DNA of 32,000 bases from Geobacter sulfurreducens PCA (GTDB taxonomy: Bacteria; Desulfobacterota; Desulfuromonadia; Geobacterales; Geobacteraceae): positions 2,370,001-2,402,000 of the forward strand of contig NC_002939.5 in NCBI RefSeq assembly GCF_000007985.2, given 5' to 3'. The notes under the pieces were generated by a model, which saw nothing but the letters and a program-made list of their open reading frames with translations, had not been told where the DNA came from and did no database searches. Position 1 is the first letter of the stretch. Every line of letters starts with the position of its first letter. This document shows positions 1-7,151 of the stretch, piece by piece. A program made the translations under genes and the position numbers.

Positions 1-972
1 AGCAAACTCGCTGCATTTCTGGGACGGGCTATTCCGACCCATCAGCAGAAACAATCCTCACACCTCGGTGACCGAACCTTGTACGTCGGAGCATCCGATA
101 TTGCCGGCTGTCCACGCAAAGCGGCACTCGGCAAACAAAACCCGACCGGTCACGACATCAAAACACTCCTTCGTTTTTCCCGTGGCCACGCCGCGCAAGC
201 CATGTATGCCGATTTCTTCAGGACCGGTGGCGCTCTCTTCGAAGAAGAAGTCGAAGTGCGGCATCCGGCTATACCTGAGATCAGGTGTCACATCGACTTC
301 CTGTTCTATGCAAACCGGCAGACCAAACGGCTGCACATCGTGGAGATGAAGTCGACCGACGGCATCCCCGACGAACCCTACGCATCATGGGTGGATCAAC
401 TGCATGTCCAGATGGGCCTGCTGCAACTCACCCTTGATCCGGCAGTGGAAATCGGTGGTTCGATCCTGGTGGTGGACCTCAATGCGGGATCGTACCATGA
501 GTTCAACAGCTATACACCCAACAGACTGGTATTCGACCAGCTTGTGGAAAAGGGAAAGCATATCCTTGCAGCAGCGCGAGGCGAGTGCGCTCCCCGAACC
601 GAACCAGGTATTCTCTGCGGTTACTGTCCGTTTCGCACCGGCTGTCCTTCCCATGCCGTCGCCCTGGATCTCCCCCGGGAGATACTTGATACCGGCAGGA
701 AGTATCTGGAGCTGAATGAACAAAAGAAGGCTCTCGAAAACCGACTGGACGTCCTGAAGAACGACATTCTCACCTTTGCGGATGGCACGTTCAAAGGGGC
801 TTCGGACGGAATACTGATCAATGTCACCTCAGTGGCTGATTCGACAACCATCGACAGCTACAAGCTCAAGAGAAACTATCCAGATATATACGATCAGGTA
901 ACGAAACCGAAGTCAGGTTACGTCAAACTTGAAATCAAGCCATTCACGCCGCTCGCAGCTCAAGCGGCTTGA
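1..972 (+). CDS. PD-(D/E)XK nuclease, Cas4/RecB-like with four-Cys cluster (5' end may lie left of the window)
   Basis: Frame 1 has no stop from nt 1, so the TTG at 79 used by the ORF track need not be the start. The translation shows an N-terminal Cys (SDIAGCPRK) and a D...ExK core (HIDFLF ... IVEMKS). The C-terminal CGYCPFRTGC (C-x2-C-x5-C) completes the Cys arrangement of Cas4/AddB-type Fe-S nucleases. Confidence 0.7.
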   Translation, partial: SKLAAFLGRAIPTHQQKQSSHLGDRTLYVGASDIAGCPRKAALGKQNPTGHDIKTLLRFSRGHAAQAMYADFFRTGGALFEEEVEVRHPAIPEIRCHIDFLFYANRQTKRLHIVEMKSTDGIPDEPYASWVDQLHVQMGLLQLTLDPAVEIGGSILVVDLNAGSYHEFNSYTPNRLVFDQLVEKGKHILAAARGECAPRTEPGILCGYCPFRTGCPSHAVALDLPREILDTGRKYLELNEQKKALENRLDVLKNDILTFADGTFKGASDGILINVTSVADSTTIDSYKLKRNYPDIYDQVTKPKSGYVKLEIKPFTPLAAQAA

Positions 973-1056
973 ACCAACCCCACCAGGGGGCATCACGCTC
1001 CCCATGGGAACTCTCCATTCATGGAGGCGTGCGCCCCCATTGAAAGGAGATTATCG

Positions 1057-1260
1057 ATGAAAATCTATCGTACCGGCACGTTACCGCCTGACCTCAAGTC
1101 CTTCACCCGCGAGAACAGATTCGAAGATCTGAAGGAGGCTCTTCAGACCATAGCGTCGCTGATCCTCATAGCTGTAATGCTCTTCGTGTTCATGTTTGCC
1201 GCTGCAACTCCACCGGAACCCCAGGTTTATCCAAAGGGCTGGGAGGAGGTACGAGGATGA
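1057..1260 (+). CDS. small membrane protein, unknown function
   Basis: Internal ATG at 1057 is preceded by AAAGGAGA. There is one hydrophobic helix (LILIAVMLFVFMFAAA). The stop overlaps the next start (ATGA at 1257-1260). Confidence 0.45.
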   Translation: MKIYRTGTLPPDLKSFTRENRFEDLKEALQTIASLILIAVMLFVFMFAAATPPEPQVYPKGWEEVRG

Positions 1261-1526
1261 ATGGACCGGGCAACATTATCTGCTCAGGAGATGAAATACA
1301 TCTTCCTGCTGTCGCCATGGAAGAGGTCAACCTGTCACTGCATGGGGCAAACCGCTTCCTGGAGCGCGACATTCCGCTTGAGGCCGTCGAAGGTGTCCGT
1401 CACCTTCTGCCGCTCCTCAACGAGAAGCCGCTCAGATTCAGGTACAAAGGGGTACTTGTCGTTGCCCGACTGGTCAACGGTTCACCCAGGATCATCACTG
1501 CCTGGAAAGTCCCTCCCTCAGCATAG
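1257..1526 (+). CDS. hypothetical protein, weak DUF4258-like (toxin-fold) resemblance
   Basis: The ATGA overlap with the upstream gene suggests translational coupling. The segment LHGANRFLERDIPLEAVEGV ... VVARLVNGSPRIITAWK resembles the H-A-x-x-R-x-x-x-R-x-I pattern of DUF4258 proteins. The similarity was judged by eye only. Confidence 0.45.
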   Translation: MNGPGNIICSGDEIHLPAVAMEEVNLSLHGANRFLERDIPLEAVEGVRHLLPLLNEKPLRFRYKGVLVVARLVNGSPRIITAWKVPPSA

Positions 1527-1566
1527 CAATCACACGGCAGCACACTGCCGGAACAAGGAGGCCATT

Positions 1567-1971
1567 ATGAGCCCAAAGATTCCACGGCCAAAGGCTGTTA
1601 CCGGTTTCACCATCGAACGCCGGTCGTCATGCGGCAAAATCTACACTACGGTAACACTCTCTCCGGGCACCGCTGTTCCCATGGAAATATTCGTGCGCTT
1701 TGGCAAAGCCGGAGGGTGCGGTTCCGCCATGGCCGACGGCATTGCCCGGCTGGTCTCGTACGGTCTCCGTTCGGGACTTGAAGCAACCGATGCTGTCAAA
1801 GCATTGAGCGGTATCGGCTGTCATCTGGGGAGCAATACCTGTCTCAACTGCGTTGCCGAATCAATCCGCCTGGTACTTGTACATCTTGATACCGGACGGG
1901 ATCTGAACGACTTGATTGAGGAAGCGGCTCTTGCAGAGGCAAACGCCGTAAGCGCCCACGAATTCAACTGA
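1567..1971 (+). CDS. TSCPD-domain protein (stand-alone homolog of the class II ribonucleotide reductase C-terminal domain)
   Basis: ATG at 1567 is preceded by AAGGAGG. GKIYTTVTL...EIFVRFGKAGGCGSAMADGIARLVSYGLRSG...NTCLNCVAESI matches the TSCPD domain layout. The canonical T-S-C-P-D motif is replaced by N-T-C-L-N. The longer ORF-track start at 1261 has no RBS and overlaps the previous gene. Confidence 0.6.
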   Translation: MSPKIPRPKAVTGFTIERRSSCGKIYTTVTLSPGTAVPMEIFVRFGKAGGCGSAMADGIARLVSYGLRSGLEATDAVKALSGIGCHLGSNTCLNCVAESIRLVLVHLDTGRDLNDLIEEAALAEANAVSAHEFN

Positions 1972-2069
1972 CACACACTACCCATCGACACCTGGCAGGG
2001 AGAGCACGACATCCCTGCAGGGGAGTCTGTCTCCCTGTCCGGTTACCACACACTGCACAGGAGGCAGAC

Positions 2070-3011
2070 ATGAACTACGAAATCAGAAGCACGTTCAATA
2101 TCGACGCGCCCAAATCCGTCACCATCAAGGGAAGAACACCGGGACATCCGGCGGTTCCCCAACAGGATCTCCAGTACATTTTCCGGCAGTCAACCCTGTC
2201 CGACCTGTTCACCTGGTATCTCCTCGGTGAACGCTCACTCTATCTCACCGGCCCGACCGGCTGCGGGAAATCCTCTGTCATCATTGAGGTTGCCGCACGG
2301 CTCAACATCCCCCTCTGGAATGTCGTCGCCCACTCCCGGCTGGAAACTCCGGAACTGATCGGCGGCTATCGGCTCAATGCCGGCGGAGGAATGGATTTTG
2401 TGCATGGGCCGCTCATCATTGCCATGAAGGAAGGTGGCTGGTTTCTGATCGATGAAATCGATCTGCTCGATCCTTCCACTGCTGCGGGACTGAACGGTAT
2501 TGCCGAAGGCCGCCCCATCACTATTCCGGAAACGGGAGAAGTGGTAACGGCTCATCCGGACTTCCGTTTCATCGCCACCGCCAACTCAAATGGAGCCGGT
2601 GACGCTACAGGCCTCTACCAGGGGATACTGCGGCAGAACCTGGCTTTCCTCGACCGCTTCTACATGATCGAGGTCGGTTATCCCGACCAGGACATTGAAA
2701 AGAAAATCCTGACCGAAGTGGCGCCATCCGTCGGCAGCGACATCAGAGACCGCATGGTGGCAATCGCTAACGAGATCAGAGCCCTGTTTGTCAAAGGGGA
2801 GACGGAAGTCACCCTCTCGACCCGCACCCTGACCCGGTGGGCACGCATCACCGCCTTCCAGGGACGGGCCGCGGCCAGCCAGGGAATGTCCAACGGCGAA
2901 ACACTTACCAAGGCCTTCGACCGGGCTCTCGGCTTCCGGGCTGAACCCGATACCCGAACCGCCCTGCACGCTGTATTGCAGCGTCACTTCGGGGACAGGA
3001 GGTCGCCATGA
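2070..3011 (+). CDS. CobS-like AAA+ ATPase (AAA_5/MoxR clade)
   Basis: Walker A is GPTGCGKS and Walker B is WFLIDEID. CobS-like blocks are present: VPQQDLQYIFRQSTL, FRFIATANSNGAGDATGLYQGILRQNLAFLDRF. RBS is CAGGAGG. Confidence 0.85.
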   Translation: MNYEIRSTFNIDAPKSVTIKGRTPGHPAVPQQDLQYIFRQSTLSDLFTWYLLGERSLYLTGPTGCGKSSVIIEVAARLNIPLWNVVAHSRLETPELIGGYRLNAGGGMDFVHGPLIIAMKEGGWFLIDEIDLLDPSTAAGLNGIAEGRPITIPETGEVVTAHPDFRFIATANSNGAGDATGLYQGILRQNLAFLDRFYMIEVGYPDQDIEKKILTEVAPSVGSDIRDRMVAIANEIRALFVKGETEVTLSTRTLTRWARITAFQGRAAASQGMSNGETLTKAFDRALGFRAEPDTRTALHAVLQRHFGDRRSP

Positions 3012-3421
3012 GCAGATACCGGGCACTCAAATCATCCGTGGATCTGCACCTGCAGGATCTGATCAGGAATCACGACAAGGTCTATCACCTGGCGGTATTC
3101 GAACGTAACGACGGCGGCTATGACGTCCTGTACGGATACGGGCGTCGTGGCGCATCCATGCGCCTCGGCATTCTGAAGGGTGGTGAGAACCTCCGTGATT
3201 ATCAGACAGCCATCCGCCTCATGCACAAGAAAGAAACGGAACAGGTTCAGGGCGACGGGTATCAGTACGCCGACGGCATCACTCCCGGCGTCTGGAACAA
3301 CCTGATGCCGAAACCTTCTGCGGCGCCAACCGCACCTGCTACCCCACAACCAAAAGAGCCGGGACCGGAGGCAACCGAACCGCACATAGGCGGTAACGGA
3401 CCGAAGTCATGGTTCTGGTAA
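3008..3421 (+). CDS. WGR-domain-like protein with Pro-rich tail ending in WFW
   Basis: An ATGA overlap couples it to the ATPase gene. KVYHLAVFERNDGGYDVLYGYGRRGASMRLG...YQTAIRLMHKKETEQVQGDGY follows the WGR pattern, with YGRRG in place of WGRIG. The tail is PSAAPTAPATPQPKEPGPEA...KSWFW followed by the stop. Confidence 0.6.
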   Translation: MSRYRALKSSVDLHLQDLIRNHDKVYHLAVFERNDGGYDVLYGYGRRGASMRLGILKGGENLRDYQTAIRLMHKKETEQVQGDGYQYADGITPGVWNNLMPKPSAAPTAPATPQPKEPGPEATEPHIGGNGPKSWFW

Positions 3422-3450
3422 CTAACTACAGTCCCACGAAAGGAGACATC

Positions 3451-4407
3451 ATGAATAACACTACCATTAGCAAAGTACTCCAGGGTCTGGTCCTGGTTCA
3501 TCTCAGCTTCTCCGTCTGGTCCGGCAAGAAGAAACTCCGGCCGGAAGATTTGAAGGGTGCGAATCTGCCACCCGACAAGCTCGCCTCTCTCGGGTCAAAG
3601 CGCATTTTTGATCCTGATGCCCTCAAGGTGTTCGCCACCCTGAAGCGCCAGGCTGAACGCGCCTGCGAAGAGGTAGGAGTCAGATTCCTTGGTGGCTATG
3701 CCATTCCCGAGGAAAAGCTGGCTCCCCTTATGGAGAAGATGGAACAGGTCGAACAGAGCTTTGCCACGGCAAAGACGAATTTCCTGTCGGCATACGACGA
3801 CAATCTCAAGGACTGGCTCGCCGAAGCCGGTGAATGGTCTGAGATCGTCGCTCGTGCCGTTGAACCGGCTAACCGTGTCGCCGAACGGCTCTCCTGCGGT
3901 TTCACTGCCTTTAAGGTGGAAGCACCCGGAGAAACTGTTTCAGCGGTACAACCTCTGGAACGACAGGTTGGCGGTCTCGCGGATCAACTGATCCATGAAA
4001 TCGGCGCCCTGGCAAAATCAACCTGGGAGGAATCGTACCGGGGTCGCACTTCCGTTACCCGGAAGGCTCTTCGCCCACTGAAGGCAATCCTCGACAAACT
4101 ATCAAGCCTGACCTTCGTTGGCCCTGACAAGATCAGCGGCCTCGTTGCCAACGTACATGCGGCACTCGCCACCGTACCCAGATCCGGACCGGTCACCGGG
4201 GCAACCCTGATGGGCCTGGTCGGAGTATTGTGCGAGCTGTCAGACATTGCCGGTTTCATCACGACCGAGGAACGGGAAGAAATGCTGCAACCGCTCCCCG
4301 AACCAGAAGTCGAACCGGAACTATCTGCACCTCTTCCACCAAAGACCGTAACGATCATGCCGCAGCCGGTACAGCAGATTGAAGCGCCGGCTGTCTGGTT
4401 CTGGTAA
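3451..4407 (+). CDS. DUF3150-like protein with Pro/Glu-rich tail ending in WFW
   Basis: ATG at 3451 is preceded by AAAGGAGA. The N-terminal block LVHLSFSVWSGKKKLRPEDL...LPPDKLASLGSKRIFDPDALKVF...GVRFLGGYAIP resembles my recollection of DUF3150 proteins that accompany CobS/CobT-like pairs on plasmids and ICEs. The tail is LPEPEVEPELSAPLPPK...APAVWFW followed by the stop. Confidence 0.55.
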   Translation: MNNTTISKVLQGLVLVHLSFSVWSGKKKLRPEDLKGANLPPDKLASLGSKRIFDPDALKVFATLKRQAERACEEVGVRFLGGYAIPEEKLAPLMEKMEQVEQSFATAKTNFLSAYDDNLKDWLAEAGEWSEIVARAVEPANRVAERLSCGFTAFKVEAPGETVSAVQPLERQVGGLADQLIHEIGALAKSTWEESYRGRTSVTRKALRPLKAILDKLSSLTFVGPDKISGLVANVHAALATVPRSGPVTGATLMGLVGVLCELSDIAGFITTEEREEMLQPLPEPEVEPELSAPLPPKTVTIMPQPVQQIEAPAVWFW

Positions 4408-4416
4408 GGAGTCGCC

Positions 4417-6144
4417 ATGAAAACACGACCTCTTGCCCTGATCGCCAAAGTACTTGGCCGGAAATACGATGTCACCATAACCATTGCCGGACAGGTTGCC
4501 TGCACCAGCGGGAAGGAAATCACTATCCCGGTCGTGTCAGGCCCCCATGCCGAAGCGCTTGCCCATGGTTATATCGATCATGAAGCGGCGCATGTCCGGT
4601 ACACCGATTTTTCCGTACGTCTCACGGACGATTTCGCGGGGGATCTGCTCAACATCCTTGAAGATGTGAGAATCGAACAGGCAATCGGCCAGGAGTATCC
4701 CGGCTGTATCGCCAACCTCCGCGAGCTGACCCGTCTTCTGGTCGAACAGGAAGGCGTATTCAGACCAGACCCGTCCCATCCATCCCAAAGCATCCTCGCC
4801 TGGATCATGGCCGTGATCTACATGGCAGTACTTGGTCATGACTCGTTGCGGCAAACCAGGGACAGCGCCGAACCTTTGGTCCGGCAGGCTCTGGGGAGAA
4901 ACTTCAACCAGGCTTTGTTGCTGCTGGATCGTGCCGGGGCACTTACATCGACCCGTGAAGCAGCGGCACTCCGGGATGAACTGATGAAGCTCATCCGTGA
5001 CTCCGCACACCAACAACCGAAAAACGGGCAATCCCGGCCTTCCCAAAGTCAACCCGGCAGTCACGGAGATCAAAACGACGGGACAGGCAGCGATAACTCC
5101 CGGCAACAGAATGGAACCGGCAGTAACGGTAGTCGACAGGCACAGAACGGGGATAAGCAGCAAATCTCCTCACAGCCTGCCGGCTCCGGACAGGATAAAT
5201 CATCCGGACACTCTTCTCAGGGACAATCCGGGGCGTCTGATTCACCATCCCAGGAATCTGTCCGCCAGGCATTAGCGGAAGCTTTGTCGGGCAAGAGTGT
5301 CGGCTCCTTCGGGAACGTGGGAGAAAAACTGGCCGAACTGCTCTGCCAGAACGCTACCGAAAGTTCATTCAACGGGACAGCCGCAGCAGCACCACGGCTG
5401 CCAACTGCCCAACTACTGAACCAAAACGGCGGATACGATGATCTTTCCGCGCTTCGTGTCCACACGGCAGCCTTGCGAGCCCGGCTTCAGGGGCTTGTCC
5501 AGGCATCGAAACAGAAACGATCCACCCCGGTTAGCGTCGGGCACCGACTGGATTCACGTGTACTGACCCGTCTTCGTATCTGCGACACTCGGGTTTTTAC
5601 CAGGAAAGAGGAAAAACGGGCGGTCAATACGGCTGTCTGTATGCTTCTGGACAGTTCCGGAAGCATGGGCAACACCACCATCCTCAACAAGATGGGCATC
5701 GCCTCCCGCGCCTGCTTCGTGGCGGCAGAGGCGCTCTTCTCCATTCCCGGTGTCCGCACGGCGATTGCCACCTTCAAGGGGCACGACAATCACGTCTTCC
5801 CCATGGTCAACTTCGGGGAAAAGCCTGATCACAGCAGATTCAACATTACCGGTTCCGGTGGCACCAGACTCGGCCATGCACTTTGGTGGGCATGGGGCGA
5901 ACTCAGCCTGCGCCGGGAAACACGCAAGATCTGTATCGCCTTCTCCGATGGCGACACCGGCGATGGCCCTGTCACTCAAGCCGCTATCAAGCGGATGAGG
6001 GAAGAGGGAATCGAGGTGATCGGGATAGGTATTCAGGACAACAGCATCAAGCAGTATCTGCCTGACAACCATCGGATCATCAAGAACCTTGACCAGTTCA
6101 CCCCGGCGCTGCTGGAACTGCTGCGGGAAAAACTGGTTGCCTAA
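4417..6144 (+). CDS. CobT-like protein: N-terminal HExxH region, Q/S/G/N-rich linker, C-terminal VWA domain
   Basis: HEAAH lies at nt 4579-4593, followed by EDVRIEQ. A long polar low-complexity stretch spans about nt 5011-5258. The MIDAS-type motif LLDSSGSMG sits at about nt 5641-5670, followed by VWA-like strands (ICIAFSDGDTGD, EVIGIGI). RBS is AAGGAG. Confidence 0.8.
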   Translation: MKTRPLALIAKVLGRKYDVTITIAGQVACTSGKEITIPVVSGPHAEALAHGYIDHEAAHVRYTDFSVRLTDDFAGDLLNILEDVRIEQAIGQEYPGCIANLRELTRLLVEQEGVFRPDPSHPSQSILAWIMAVIYMAVLGHDSLRQTRDSAEPLVRQALGRNFNQALLLLDRAGALTSTREAAALRDELMKLIRDSAHQQPKNGQSRPSQSQPGSHGDQNDGTGSDNSRQQNGTGSNGSRQAQNGDKQQISSQPAGSGQDKSSGHSSQGQSGASDSPSQESVRQALAEALSGKSVGSFGNVGEKLAELLCQNATESSFNGTAAAAPRLPTAQLLNQNGGYDDLSALRVHTAALRARLQGLVQASKQKRSTPVSVGHRLDSRVLTRLRICDTRVFTRKEEKRAVNTAVCMLLDSSGSMGNTTILNKMGIASRACFVAAEALFSIPGVRTAIATFKGHDNHVFPMVNFGEKPDHSRFNITGSGGTRLGHALWWAWGELSLRRETRKICIAFSDGDTGDGPVTQAAIKRMREEGIEVIGIGIQDNSIKQYLPDNHRIIKNLDQFTPALLELLREKLVA

Positions 6145-6225
6145 TCACAACCCACATCCCGACGGGGAATGCCATTCCCCTCGGGGATATGTGCGTTCTC
6201 CGTCGGTACTACACGAGGAGAACCC

Positions 6226-6789
6226 ATGAAAATTACCATTTCAAACGACAAGGCTTCAGCAACGGTCATCTGCCGGGATCTGATCCTGGATGATTCCGTT
6301 GCCGGAGCCCGCAATCTCTTCTACCTCACCGCCTACGGCCCCACTCAGGAGATCCGGGCATTCGCCCAGATTCTTGCCATGAAGGGGTCACTTGAATGCC
6401 ACGGAAAAGAAGACCGATCAATCAACATCTGGAGCAACCATCACCTGCGGGTCATACCGAAGATGGGCGAAGGGTATTCGGGGGTGTACATCACACCGTC
6501 GTCCGACTCGTCGTTTCTGATCGGCAGCTCGAAGGCGGATTGTTACCAGGTCTTTACCAGGATTCTCGATCAGCGGGAGTTTGTCCATCGCGATTGGTAC
6601 GAAGTGCTGTTCAACGAGGTATCCACGGAAATCGAGCCCTTTGTTGGAAACAAGCGGTGCTGGAAATTTCGGGGCCACGAACTCAAGTCGGAGATAGTCA
6701 ACCGGCTCAAATACGGCGGGCTCAAGATGCCTCCAGCAACAGCGCACTTCACCATCGAAAAGGAGGAACGCCATGCGTTATCCAATTGA
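6226..6789 (+). CDS. hypothetical protein
   Basis: ATG at 6226 is preceded by GAGGAGAA. I recognised no motif. It is on the same strand and close-packed with its neighbours. Confidence 0.5.
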   Translation: MKITISNDKASATVICRDLILDDSVAGARNLFYLTAYGPTQEIRAFAQILAMKGSLECHGKEDRSINIWSNHHLRVIPKMGEGYSGVYITPSSDSSFLIGSSKADCYQVFTRILDQREFVHRDWYEVLFNEVSTEIEPFVGNKRCWKFRGHELKSEIVNRLKYGGLKMPPATAHFTIEKEERHALSN

Positions 6790-7042
6790 ACAGGTATCGG
6801 ACAACTGGGAACGCCGGATCATCAATAACGGCTACGTTCAGCACCGTGAAGTCTACCGTAACGGTTCTCGCGGAGAGTGGCAGTTTTACATATCCGGCTT
6901 CGGACCCACGGTGGAAGGAGGAACGGGACGCTGTACCGTCCTTAAGGAAGGCGGCAGCTATGATCATTTCGTCCCCATCGATGCCAACAACCGGATCAAG
7001 ATCAATGGCCGCTGGTATGACCGGCGCTATTGGGATCACTGA
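6773..7042 (+). CDS. hypothetical protein
   Basis: ATG is preceded by AAAAGGAGGAA and overlaps the upstream gene by 17 nt. No motif recognised. Confidence 0.5.
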   Translation: MRYPIEQVSDNWERRIINNGYVQHREVYRNGSRGEWQFYISGFGPTVEGGTGRCTVLKEGGSYDHFVPIDANNRIKINGRWYDRRYWDH

Positions 7043-7151
7043 GACGAAGAAGTAATTAATTACTATCCCTCTGCGGGTAGGCGGTTTTAACCTCCTCCCC
7101 GAACGGAGAGGGTGTTATCTCCGCCTGCCCCCTGTTACCAAGGAGACAGGC

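Noticed and set aside
1-972. The Cas4-like nuclease as evidence for a CRISPR-Cas locus
   Set aside because: There are no other cas genes. No array of uniform repeats separated by unique spacers occurs anywhere in the window. Cas4-like PD-(D/E)XK nucleases are common in phages and plasmids.
1261-1566. Long N-terminal extension of the TSCPD ORF (ORF-track start 1261)
   Set aside because: It completely overlaps the better-supported 1257-1526 gene in another frame. It has no RBS and reads as Ser/Arg/Cys-rich nonsense. The internal ATG at 1567 has a strong RBS.
2070-6144. Reading the CobS-like and CobT-like genes as cobalamin (cobaltochelatase) biosynthesis genes
   Set aside because: There is no cobN or any other cob/cbi gene in the window. 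The genes sit inside a mobile element between a nuclease and a methylase-helicase, and two unrelated genes are inserted between them. A biosynthetic annotation would be misleading.
6396-7055. 219-aa alternative-frame ORF spanning two smaller genes
   Set aside because: It overlaps two ORFs that each have strong RBSs. Its translation is Arg/Gly/Ser-rich and lacks an RBS.
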